Virus record (IMG/VR): IMGVR_UViG_3300020045_006483
Location: 1 to 36,824 of that record
Source of the DNA: a virus
Lineage: Duplodnaviria > Caudoviricetes
DNA: 36,824 bases
Reading direction: 5' to 3' (one strand)
Shown: in pieces, positions 26,901 through 34,892 of the stretch
Position numbering within the stretch: the stretch's first letter is position 1
How the letters are laid out: every line of letters begins with the position of its first letter
Program-made: the position numbers and the translations under genes
Notes under the pieces: model-generated
The model's database searches: none
What the model saw: the letters and a program-made list of their open reading frames with translations, nothing else
What the model was told of the DNA's origin: nothing

Positions 26901-27035
26901 CAGGCGGCATACAATGCACAACAGGGGCAACCCAATTACAATGCTGATTTCGACTTTAACGGAAATGGTGCTGTTGATTATCAGGATTACCTTGAATATG
27001 TCATGCGCTTAACAGGCAGACCATTAGGAGCCTAA
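23973..27035 (+). CDS. Large internal virion (ejection) protein with three dockerin-like EF-hand repeats
   Basis: Gln/Ala-rich TGxFxDPxTG repeats, a Gly/Ala hydrophobic segment, and three DxN/DxD/NGxI/VxF/YxD loops. Confidence 0.75.
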   Translation: MPQNTNFSLSTPRYRKQRGGLIGVTPDVMETFGSAGAPVQNPTQTFNPQEFQSSALQNRANELALDLGYDPQEEIATAQTGINAQFDESQNKLARIFALDPGGTKSGTAQNRLETLETGRATTLATTKQDILNRAGTEQRANISTLDAILSSTQNRNIAGATSQSQLQTDSLNRAIASSGVTGTYTDPQTGQTYTPQAIKQYQDQLALQQSQVTGQYQGQQTLASAAQSADINLRQEAQRLQTEIQRGSLSVDQANQQLNDFVQREQVRLQGQQTQSQLANESLQRAIAAGSQTGQFIDPQTGQAYTTEQVRQFNEQLNLQKAGLTGELGGKATLQGRSQQVTELNAALERAVAQGNATGTFTDPMTGVSQETLQAEIARAQTRLQESAANLNEAAQVAQLTGKFVNPTTGETLDTLAKTDQAFQQEVQRASLTGDLNGVATLAARSLALQEAELTGQVGDQKTVAQKALDLQGQIQKGQLALQQQAQAFGQNITEAELTGTYDRMGNETGAFQASFNAKSGEANYNARYDFNSDGVINFSDWTEFAKISNNEPVQTLQGQVLQEQKALNDFNKKVTESGLTGTFSGNQTVQEAQRRFENSMKESQLFVDAPPMTLNINDYSKAFNSQQGQANYRKDLDIDSNGVINFTDFIEVVGSGRIEVLSGSVTDPFGSNLTFTYKPEGKTSVIAAQLGLDEKRLSEQTRQFNQTYEQARNEFLTNTTGIVYDEQGNPTNMTTLQQQQYDEAKRKFNKEMEVHVSEYAQTLGFNYEELTTRKDIAKDTAISQAILAGFGALGQLGSTALGAALGAGAAGGVAAAGGGAVAGAGAGGAAAGGGLATAIGAGATIAAPFLIGYGLNKLLGTSVEEDLKNFQSETTNRDWNSEGVNKEQFLKWVDDNVGKEFANQVNILGGKQALDLYLKAYKKNNTATPTAQQPVTTTQQPGEPSQPTQPTQQGQPVQQTQSTYTPTQDDFPRFQAAYNAQQGQPNYNADFDFNGNGAVDYQDYLEYVMRLTGRPLGA

Positions 27036-27039
27036 TAAA

Positions 27040-28467
27040 ATGCCAATGGGAACAGGCTTAAATCTTGATCTGAGAAACATACGACTGCCCGAATTGCCGG
27101 GTATGGGTGTTCAACCCGGTGGTATGGGCGTTCAGCCGACATTTCGCCAATCATCAGTAGGCGTTCAACTGCCTTCATTGCAGACAAAGGCATTGCCCGA
27201 TACAATGCAAAGCACGATGCCATTTTTGCCACAGGAACAGGCCGCACCGAAGCGGTTAGACTTGAAAACGGGCAAAGATGGCAAAGTCGATTGGCTTGCC
27301 ACACTGATAAGCGCAGGTGCTTTGGCGGCAGGCGCACTGACAGGCAATACGCGCCTTGCGGCGGCAGGATCGGGTTTCTTGCAGGGGCAACAGCAAGGAC
27401 GTGAACAACGGGCGGCACAGCAAGAGAAAGAGCGCGAAAGATTAGAAGCAGAACCTTTAAGAGAATTGCAGCTTAGAAATGCTCAAAATCAAGCGGAATT
27501 GTCAGAACTTGAATTGCAGAAAGAAAAACAAGGGAAAAAAGAAAAGAGTCAATTTTTCCAAGAAGGAAATACTCTTTTAGAAATAAAAGCCGATGGAACA
27601 GAAAAACGGCATATAATTAACGACAAAAATTTTGACAGAGTTGTCCTTCCTGACGGCACAATTGTCGAACGCGATAGCAAGGGAAAATACGAAGAAGTTT
27701 TTTATGGCAAAAAAAATAACAAGTTGGATTTAGCAAACGATCTTTTCAAGGGGAAAAATTATTTAGCAGCAGCTTATTTATATGATTCTCTTGGTGAGCC
27801 TGGTCTTGCAGATGCAGCGCGTCAAGGTGCTGGAAAATTAGACCCATCAGATGTGCAATCACAATATTTTAAAATAAATGATGAAGTTCGTTCTCTTGGC
27901 GTTGTTAAACAGGGCGAAGTATTGGACTTTAACTTTGGGAACATGCAAGCAGCTTATAATGATTGGAAAACAAGCCGAGATGAAGGTCGAATTGATACAG
28001 GTCTTAAAGAAATTTCTTTGATTAATACGTTTCAGCGCATGATTGACCCTGCTACTGTGCGCGAGGGTGATGTTGCTTTACAAAAAACAGCGCAGGGTTT
28101 ATGGGAGCGCGTCCAAACAGCCCTTGATTCAGCAAAAGAGGGTAAAGTGTTGGATGATAAATTAGTTAATCAAATGCGAGAAGTAGGACGTGCTTTAGTC
28201 ATAGATCAACGAAAGCGCGCCCAAATACAGGTAACGGAATTTCTGGATAGCCTTGAAAAGAACCCGAAGTTAGGTTTTTCTGAAGATGCAATTAAGGCGG
28301 CAAGGGAAGGAATAAAAACATTAACATCCCCACCAAGTTTTATTGAATCAATGAAATCTATTGAAAATTATGGCGATAAAATAAAATTCCCTGATTTAGA
28401 AATAAAAAAACGTGCTGTTAATGGAGATGAAGAAGCGGTTAAAGAATTTCGGAGAAGGGGCTTATAA
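27040..28467 (+). CDS. Putative internal virion / ejection protein
   Basis: Hydrophobic G/A segment, coiled coil, and FQRMIDPATVREGD motif typical of podophage injection proteins. Confidence 0.7.
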   Translation: MPMGTGLNLDLRNIRLPELPGMGVQPGGMGVQPTFRQSSVGVQLPSLQTKALPDTMQSTMPFLPQEQAAPKRLDLKTGKDGKVDWLATLISAGALAAGALTGNTRLAAAGSGFLQGQQQGREQRAAQQEKERERLEAEPLRELQLRNAQNQAELSELELQKEKQGKKEKSQFFQEGNTLLEIKADGTEKRHIINDKNFDRVVLPDGTIVERDSKGKYEEVFYGKKNNKLDLANDLFKGKNYLAAAYLYDSLGEPGLADAARQGAGKLDPSDVQSQYFKINDEVRSLGVVKQGEVLDFNFGNMQAAYNDWKTSRDEGRIDTGLKEISLINTFQRMIDPATVREGDVALQKTAQGLWERVQTALDSAKEGKVLDDKLVNQMREVGRALVIDQRKRAQIQVTEFLDSLEKNPKLGFSEDAIKAAREGIKTLTSPPSFIESMKSIENYGDKIKFPDLEIKKRAVNGDEEAVKEFRRRGL

Positions 28468-30503
28468 TGCCACTGACTGAAGAAGAACTCAAACGCGCCA
28501 TTTCGACAGATAGCAGTATGCAAACATCAACAACATTGACACCTGAAGAACTTAAAAGAGCACAGCAAAGTGTGCCTGTAAATACTCAACCGATAGAGAA
28601 AGCATCTTTCTTTTCTCCATATTCTATACCTGGAATTTCTGAAGGATTAGTTAAAAAAACAGGAGAAGCACTTCCGAATGTTTTACCTTTTTTGGGTGAA
28701 ACAATATCAAATGTTCCTTCAAGCACAGTAAGAACTGCTCAAAATATTGTGATGCCTTTTCTTTCACCCATTGAGACAGCTAAGGGTATTGGTTCAATAG
28801 GTCAAGGGGTTGTTGATGTTTTTCAAGGTGAAGAAACACCGGAATCAAAAATTGCTAAAAATGTAGCAAATGAAATGACGCGCCTTTTACGTGATCCATT
28901 GAATACAATAAAAACAGACCCCATTGGCGTTGCTGTTGATCTATCGGCGTTTTTAAAGCCAGCACAGATAGCCAAACTTGGACTTGCTGGAAAAGCATCT
29001 GAATTTTTGAATAAAATTGATCCTGTCCAAATAGCAATAACAACATCATCAAATGTTGCCCAAAAAGTCTTGAAAAAAGTTGGAGACTTGGGAGAATATC
29101 GCGCAGGTATTAGAACGGGATTAGGGGGATTACGCATAGCGAAAGCAAGAGAAGCAGGACAATTAGGAGGCGTGGAAAAAGAAGCGTTTTTAAAGGGAAT
29201 TAAAAGCAAGAAACCCATTTCTGAATATGCTTTTGAATATGAACGCGGGGTAACGCTTGGTAAAGATATAATGGCAGAAAGATTTGTTGAAGACACGGCA
29301 AACCTTTCTTTAAAAGATTTGAACAGCCCCCTTAATCCCTCGGATGTTCGTAAAAGTATTTTCCAAGATTTGAAAAAAGAGGGTATAAATCCACGTATTA
29401 TTGTTCGCAATGATGGGTCAAGAGAATTAAATATTTTCTTTGATAAAAACAAATCTGAAATTGCCTATGATCCAACAAAACAGGAAATGATAAAAAAGGC
29501 CACAGAAATTTTAAAAGATTGGACAATAGCAGATATTGAAACGTCCCATGCTAAAATACGCCAACTTGACGGATTGATTGAACGTGGTGTTGACAAGAAA
29601 AACTTTGAAAACGTCAACCGCATATTACAAGGGATGCGTGAAAAAATACGTGATGAGTTGGGCAATAAAATATCTGGATATAATGAACGTGCCCAAAAAT
29701 ATGCCACAATGAAAGGGTTTTTGGAAGAAACAGAAAAGGCTCTCGGACTGGAACCAAAACGAGGGAATTTAGACTTTATTGGCATACAAGGGGCATTACA
29801 GCCAATAAGCACAAAAACCTTATCTCGTATTGGCAACTCTATGGCAGAGAATATTTCTCAAAGCACATCATTTAACCGTGCAATTTTAGAAGAATTAGAC
29901 AGGATCATTGAAACGGCATCTTTGCGTGAAAAGGGGTTAGATATTACAAATCTACCTGAATCAAAAGCAATCAGTGAAGCCATAAAGAAAAATATTCCAA
30001 CAGAAAATCGTTCTATCGGTGAAATTAAATCTGATTTGAACAAGACCATAGCACAGGAAAACAATTTAAGTTCCAATTTGCTGACGGAGCTTACTGGTGC
30101 TCAATTAAATGTATCTGTGCCACAGGGCAGTTTTCGCGGCGCACTTACCACGCATGGTGGTAGTGGTATTGGTGCATTATCCGGTGCAGGTCTTGCACAG
30201 TTTATGGGATTTGGAACAACGGCATCTTTTGTTGGGGCTGCTGCGGGTTCTGGAATAGGGAAGCTGTTATCAGTTTTAACAGTGGAAAATCCGCGGGTTG
30301 TGGGTATGTTTTTTCATCGTCTTGGGGCTACTGAAAAGTTTGCGGCAAATCTCACAAGAGAACTACAAAATCTTCAAAACACAATTCCAAAAACTGCCGT
30401 GCTTGGAACCATAACAATTGGGCAAGCTGTTCAAAGAGCACTTGATGAAGAAAACAAATCCAATACGATAAAAAATGGATTAAAAAAACTTCAAGCACAA
30501 TAG
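28467..30503 (+). CDS. Putative internal virion / DNA transfer protein
   Basis: Helical 678-aa protein with NVPSS, DPIG, a C-terminal Gly-rich hydrophobic segment and NPRVVG. Confidence 0.7.
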   Translation: MPLTEEELKRAISTDSSMQTSTTLTPEELKRAQQSVPVNTQPIEKASFFSPYSIPGISEGLVKKTGEALPNVLPFLGETISNVPSSTVRTAQNIVMPFLSPIETAKGIGSIGQGVVDVFQGEETPESKIAKNVANEMTRLLRDPLNTIKTDPIGVAVDLSAFLKPAQIAKLGLAGKASEFLNKIDPVQIAITTSSNVAQKVLKKVGDLGEYRAGIRTGLGGLRIAKAREAGQLGGVEKEAFLKGIKSKKPISEYAFEYERGVTLGKDIMAERFVEDTANLSLKDLNSPLNPSDVRKSIFQDLKKEGINPRIIVRNDGSRELNIFFDKNKSEIAYDPTKQEMIKKATEILKDWTIADIETSHAKIRQLDGLIERGVDKKNFENVNRILQGMREKIRDELGNKISGYNERAQKYATMKGFLEETEKALGLEPKRGNLDFIGIQGALQPISTKTLSRIGNSMAENISQSTSFNRAILEELDRIIETASLREKGLDITNLPESKAISEAIKKNIPTENRSIGEIKSDLNKTIAQENNLSSNLLTELTGAQLNVSVPQGSFRGALTTHGGSGIGALSGAGLAQFMGFGTTASFVGAAAGSGIGKLLSVLTVENPRVVGMFFHRLGATEKFAANLTRELQNLQNTIPKTAVLGTITIGQAVQRALDEENKSNTIKNGLKKLQAQ

Positions 30504-30573
30504 GCGCAAAACGTAACGAAACCTGAAACAGAAGTTACGAGAATTACAGGCAATTCCTTAGATCGGAGTTTTT

Positions 30574-32040
30574 ATGAAAAGGTTTATTTGGTTTATCCTC
30601 ACAATGGCACTGTTGCCTGTGTCGGCATTTGCCTCACGCGACAGCACAGCAACAGATACCCTTGTTGTGGCATCATTCACACAGGGAAGCAAAACGAAAA
30701 GGGTTTTGCTTGTTCGCGCCGGTGCGTGGATTTCTGCCATTGGGCGTGTTGAGGTCGATACGCTTAAATCTCGAAGTGGCGCAACGATTGTCTTGCTTGG
30801 AAACTTCACGGATGCCGCAGGCAATCGGCAAAACTTCTCGCACATTCAGGTTGACTCATTTTCCTCTGACTCAGTGACCGTTACGGGCAATGGGGTAGTC
30901 ACAGGGAATTTCGCCATTCAGGGTGGCACAACCATCGGCAATGCGTCGGGTGACGCGCTGACATTCCACCCTGCCGCGTGGACGCTGACAAATGCTGTGA
31001 CGGTGACAGGGACGTGGACAAACTTGGGAACAGTGTCAACCGTTGACGTGAATGGTGGCACTGGTGATGCGTTTACGATTGGCGGATCAATTGCGGCGGC
31101 GGGCACGTTTACGACGCTGAAGGCGGATTCGACATGGTTTGGTGCGGGCGATTTCATCCTCGCGCCGACGCAGAATGAAGTGCGGCTGACGAGTGGGGTA
31201 AAGTTGGGTCTTGGTGGCAATCCAGAAACAAATTTGGACGTAATTGCACAAACAGGTGCTTCATCCACGATTACTATTAGAGTGCCCGATGGGGAAACAA
31301 CACAGTCAATATTATCTCTCGCAAAGGGCGCAGATGCGTCACTTGATGGTTTTCATTTGACGAGGGACAATGGAAACAACTTTAACATACTCCGCTACAT
31401 TGGTGGAGGTAGTGCCAATGCGTTGACGATTTTAAATGCAAATGGCAATCTTGCCATAGGCTCGGATAATCCTGGATTTTCACGTGTTGCTATTGTAGGT
31501 ACAGGCCTGTCAATTGGTTTGGTTGCCGCAGACACGACATTGAATGGGCATCAATTGCGAATAAACAATGGTGCTACATATTCAGAAATGGTTGCGGGTG
31601 AAACAGCCTTTGCGAACTCATCGACAAAAACACAGAAGGAAAACTTCGAGACTGTTGATGCAGAACAGATTGTTGCGGCGTTTAAAATTGTGCCTACGCA
31701 AAAATATAATTTTAAGATAAGTGCCATGTTAAGCCTTGCTTTGCTGGATAGTGTTCACGCAGATACGACAAATGCAAAGTTTCTGGCCTTGACAAAAGCA
31801 CAGAAAGATTCAATTAAAGTGTTAAAGCGTAAAATTGTGCAAGAGCATTATTTGCAAGCGGTGAAATCCGCATCTCGTAAACGAATAGGCCCAATGGCTG
31901 AAGACTTTTACAAGGTGGCTGTTCTGTTGCGACCAACACAGGCAGATAGTTCAAAAATATCTGGCGATGATCGTATTGCAGCTCTTGAAATTATTGCAAA
32001 ATATTTGCTTGGGAAAGTTGATTCATTGTCTACACCGTAA
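30574..32040 (+). CDS. Tail fibre with N-terminal signal peptide and C-terminal S74 intramolecular chaperone
   Basis: MKRFIWFILTMALLPVSAFA signal; Gly/Thr beta repeats (NGNLAIG, GKLGLG-like); SSTKTQKENF..YNFK..IGPMAEDF. Confidence 0.75.
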   Translation: MKRFIWFILTMALLPVSAFASRDSTATDTLVVASFTQGSKTKRVLLVRAGAWISAIGRVEVDTLKSRSGATIVLLGNFTDAAGNRQNFSHIQVDSFSSDSVTVTGNGVVTGNFAIQGGTTIGNASGDALTFHPAAWTLTNAVTVTGTWTNLGTVSTVDVNGGTGDAFTIGGSIAAAGTFTTLKADSTWFGAGDFILAPTQNEVRLTSGVKLGLGGNPETNLDVIAQTGASSTITIRVPDGETTQSILSLAKGADASLDGFHLTRDNGNNFNILRYIGGGSANALTILNANGNLAIGSDNPGFSRVAIVGTGLSIGLVAADTTLNGHQLRINNGATYSEMVAGETAFANSSTKTQKENFETVDAEQIVAAFKIVPTQKYNFKISAMLSLALLDSVHADTTNAKFLALTKAQKDSIKVLKRKIVQEHYLQAVKSASRKRIGPMAEDFYKVAVLLRPTQADSSKISGDDRIAALEIIAKYLLGKVDSLSTP

Positions 32041-32052
32041 CCGGGAGGATTT

Positions 32053-32298
32053 ATGCGAAAAGTTTTGATTGCTGTTGCTGTTATCGTCGCTTGCCTGTTG
32101 CCCATCACCATTGTCTTTGGACAGTCACAAAACCCTGACGACTCGGTGATTGCAACATTGACACGTAAGCTGTTGGCACAGGAAACACGGATCGCTCAAC
32201 AAGATTTTGTGATAAGCAAGATGAGTGATGTCATTCAGGCATCTTCAGACACCACTCTGGTGGGCAAACTCAAAACAATGGGGATTCAAATACAATGA
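32053..32298 (+). CDS. Small exported or membrane-anchored coiled-coil protein
   Basis: Basic-hydrophobic N-terminus (possible IVAC lipobox); ACCGGGAGG SD. Confidence 0.65.
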   Translation: MRKVLIAVAVIVACLLPITIVFGQSQNPDDSVIATLTRKLLAQETRIAQQDFVISKMSDVIQASSDTTLVGKLKTMGIQIQ

Positions 32299-32699
32299 CA
32301 CCGGATAGCCTCGCTGCTGCCAATGGATTAGGTGCAGAAATGACCGTAGAACTTGCCCTGTCTCGCCTTGTTATTGTTGCAACCCTTTCTCTTATCTATG
32401 CCGCCATTGTTGAAGGTGCGCTTGAAGGGCTGTTTACGTGGAAATGGTTTGACACGCTACTTGCAAACAAAGGATTGAAATATCCTCTGTCTGTTGCTGT
32501 GTCTTATGTGGTGTGTTCTTATGGTGGATTTTCTGCCATTGAGGTGATGTATTCGGGCAAGGTCTATCTGTTGCAAGATTTGTCGTGGGATCAGGGAGTA
32601 GGCATTACGTGTTTGTTTGTGGCGCGTGGGTCAAAGTATATATCTCAAAAGGTTGGTTCGTTGAAGCAACAAATCACTGAAGCGGCAAAGCCAGGATAA
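32295..32699 (+). CDS. Holin-like membrane protein
   Basis: Three hydrophobic segments; AIVE and ITCLFVARGSKYI resemble holin motifs. Confidence 0.6.
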   Translation: MTPDSLAAANGLGAEMTVELALSRLVIVATLSLIYAAIVEGALEGLFTWKWFDTLLANKGLKYPLSVAVSYVVCSYGGFSAIEVMYSGKVYLLQDLSWDQGVGITCLFVARGSKYISQKVGSLKQQITEAAKPG

Positions 32700-32703
32700 T
32701 GCT

Positions 32704-33165
32704 ATGCTTTCTGCATTGTTAAAGCCAATATTGGGCACAGTTCTTGAGCCGTTGACAAAACTCATTCCAGATGTCAATGCCAGAAAACAAGCTGAAGAAC
32801 AGATCACCACAAAGATTCTTTCTTCCATTGACAGTATAAACGCCGGGATTCAGGAAACCAACAAGGCAGAAGCGCAACATTCGTCTATGTTTGTTGCTGG
32901 ATGGCGTCCATTTATCGGGTGGGTGTGTGGGTTGGGATTGCTTTATGAAGTGATGATCCGCCATTGGATGAATTGGGTAATTACTGTGGGATGTGTTTCA
33001 GTGGAAAAAGTTTTGCTTCCTGAATATCTGCTTCCGGCTATTGACACAACGGTGGTGTATAATCTTTTGCTTGGAATGTTGGGATTGGGTGCAATGCGAA
33101 CCTATGAGAAATTCAAAGGCGTAGCAAGAGAAGAAAGCCCTACGACAAAGCCAAAGAAGAAATAG
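32704..33165 (+). CDS. 3TM holin (GTA-type)
   Basis: NKAEAQHSSMFVAGWRPFIGWVCG and LLGMLGLGAMRTYEK signature. Confidence 0.88.
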   Translation: MLSALLKPILGTVLEPLTKLIPDVNARKQAEEQITTKILSSIDSINAGIQETNKAEAQHSSMFVAGWRPFIGWVCGLGLLYEVMIRHWMNWVITVGCVSVEKVLLPEYLLPAIDTTVVYNLLLGMLGLGAMRTYEKFKGVAREESPTTKPKKK

Positions 33166-33176
33166 CAGGGGGGTAG

Positions 33177-33572
33177 ATGGATGCATTGCCCGTATCGCCA
33201 CAGGTTCAACAGGTTGTCACAGATGCACTTGGTGCAGGCATGTGGGCCATTGGTGCTGCGCTTGTTTATTTCATCTTTCGAAGTGTCATTGACAACATCG
33301 TTGCCGGGCTGATGATATTTATAGGCAGGGAAATACGGCCCGATGACAACGTTATATTGAATGGTGAAGCTGCTCGAATAGTAAGAATCGGACTTGTCAA
33401 AACAACGTTTTATGTTCACATCATTGATGCAGATGAAAATTTCTTGGGTGGAAAAGTTATTCACATCCCCCACTCGAAGTTACAGGATCAAAGCATAGCA
33501 AAACCGTTGCCAAAGTTTGACAAAACGTTTTTGGATATTTTGAAGTCTGAATCGCTGAAAAAGAGAGAATAG
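33177..33572 (+). CDS. Minimal MscS-family mechanosensitive channel domain protein
   Basis: DNIVAGLMIF (TM3), IRPDDNVILNG..RIVRIGL..T and IPHSKL beta domain. Confidence 0.75.
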   Translation: MDALPVSPQVQQVVTDALGAGMWAIGAALVYFIFRSVIDNIVAGLMIFIGREIRPDDNVILNGEAARIVRIGLVKTTFYVHIIDADENFLGGKVIHIPHSKLQDQSIAKPLPKFDKTFLDILKSESLKKRE

Positions 33573-33575
33573 GCC

Positions 33576-33998
33576 ATGATAGAATATACCAATGTCGTCG
33601 GGGCGGCGGTATGGGCACTCAAGGCATGGAGGGAGCTTGTAGTGGATCAATCGACTTTTAATGTGCTTGTTCAGGCCGGTGCTTTGGGGGTGATTTTTTT
33701 CGGCGTTGCCTCCGCAGTTGTCGTTGCAAGATTGTGGATAACAGAATATTGGGCAACAAAAAGAGCAGGGCAATCAACGCCGGAAAAAGGCATGGGTGAA
33801 TTTTCATATAATCACCAAATGGCCTCAACGATCCATGATGTAAACCGAACTCTGTCTGAGGTTGCTGTAACAAATAAAATGATTATAGCGCAAACAACAA
33901 AGCAATCTGAGGTAATGGAAAAGCAAACGGTGCTTCTTGACCGCCTCGTAAGGCTTTTGGACAATGGCAAATACCACCTTGAAACATCGGGGGATTAA
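33576..33998 (+). CDS. Membrane protein with coiled coil
   Basis: QAGALGV transmembrane helix followed by a heptad-like region; lies in the lysis cassette. Confidence 0.65.
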   Translation: MIEYTNVVGAAVWALKAWRELVVDQSTFNVLVQAGALGVIFFGVASAVVVARLWITEYWATKRAGQSTPEKGMGEFSYNHQMASTIHDVNRTLSEVAVTNKMIIAQTTKQSEVMEKQTVLLDRLVRLLDNGKYHLETSGD

Positions 33999-34453
33999 TG
34001 GCAAAGGAAATGTTGGGCAAATATTTCTCTCTCAAAGAGTTGACCCGATCAGAGACAGCAGAACGCTTGGGCATTGACAACACTCCTTCCGATGAAGAAA
34101 AAGAGAAACTTCGCGCCCTTGTGGTGAACATCCTTGATCCCCTGCGAGAAGCAAGAGGCCCGATCACGGTTAATTCGGGTTTTCGATCTGTTGCCCTCAA
34201 TGCGGCTGTGCCAGGATCATCGAACACGTCGCAGCACACCAAAGCCGAAGCCGCCGACATCGAAGAAGACGACGCACCCATTGAGGACACCTTGCGTTAT
34301 ATACGCGATCATTTGCCCTTTGACCAACTTATTTTGGAATACCCCCCTAATGGGTGGGTGCATGTCTCTTACGTCCCCAATGGGCGCAGAATCGTTCTAA
34401 TCAAAGAAAGAGGCAAAGACTACCGCCAATGGAATGACCCGTTGAAAACTTAA
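33998..34453 (+). CDS. Endolysin, peptidase M15A family
   Basis: YFSLKELTRS, LDPLRE, NSGFRS, SQH..AEAADI, FDQLILE and WVHVSY. Confidence 0.92.
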   Translation: MAKEMLGKYFSLKELTRSETAERLGIDNTPSDEEKEKLRALVVNILDPLREARGPITVNSGFRSVALNAAVPGSSNTSQHTKAEAADIEEDDAPIEDTLRYIRDHLPFDQLILEYPPNGWVHVSYVPNGRRIVLIKERGKDYRQWNDPLKT

Positions 34454-34508
34454 CTCTTGACTTTGGATTTCTCGGTGGATGGCTTGGGCGCGTTCAGATT
34501 GAAAAGAC

Positions 34509-34538
34509 TTGACATTGGTTCTCTCGTATGTTTATATT
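34509..34538 (+). promoter_or_regulatory. Sigma-70-type promoter 1
   Basis: TTGACA-18 nt-TATATT. Confidence 0.65.
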
Positions 34539-34544
34539 AGGGCA

Positions 34545-34784
34545 TCAGAGATAAAGGTGTTTGTAACACGCAAAAAGATTTCTCAACTCAACCCTAATTT
34601 CGAACCCATTCAGGCGAATCCAAGAACGAAGGCGCGAAAGCAATTTCATGGTACTGGATTCGCCTGAACAACAAAGGAGGCTCGTCATGTTGTGACTGCA
34701 AAATCAACAAGGTTGTATGATAGGAAATTAAATTGAGGCCAGGTTATATGCCGTAAACGCGAATCTTAACAGGTTCGCGTTTTT
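34545..34784 (+). ncRNA. Candidate ~240-nt structured sRNA with a Met-Leu-stop minigene
   Basis: 14-bp stem 34609-34622 / 34655-34668 enclosing a GC-GAAA-GC tetraloop; AAGGAGG-6 nt-ATG TTG TGA (34687-34695); ends at a terminator. Confidence 0.55.
34755..34784 (+). terminator. Intrinsic terminator
   Basis: AAACGCGAATC / GGTTCGCGTTT followed by a T run. Confidence 0.7.
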
Positions 34785-34787
34785 ATG

Positions 34788-34817
34788 TTGACTTTGGCTC
34801 TCTCGTATGTATATTTA
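34788..34817 (+). promoter_or_regulatory. Promoter 2 (near copy of promoter 1)
   Basis: TTGACTTTGGCTCTCTCGTATGT matches 34509-34531 at 21 of 23 nt; TATATT follows a 16-nt spacer. Confidence 0.55.
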
Positions 34818-34821
34818 ATGC

Positions 34822-34892
34822 CAGAATCAATGTTATCCTGACATTGTTTCTCTCCTGTTGTGTAGCCCCCCACTTGTCATGGGGGGCTTTTT
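34822..34892 (+). ncRNA. Candidate ~70-nt anti-Shine-Dalgarno sRNA
   Basis: Hairpin CAATGTTA/TGACATTG, then TTTCTCTCCTGTTGTGT, then terminator AGCCCCCCA/TGGGGGGCT-TTTT (34864-34892). Confidence 0.55.

Noticed and set aside
7079-34290. Long minus-strand ORFs within structural genes (e.g. 9865-10455, 13101-13661, 21442-22233, 28823-29452)
   Set aside because: Antisense shadows of well-supported plus-strand genes, with no motifs of their own.
34595-34610. GGGTTCGAAA on the minus strand as a third tRNA T loop
   Set aside because: No flanking T stem or D arm.
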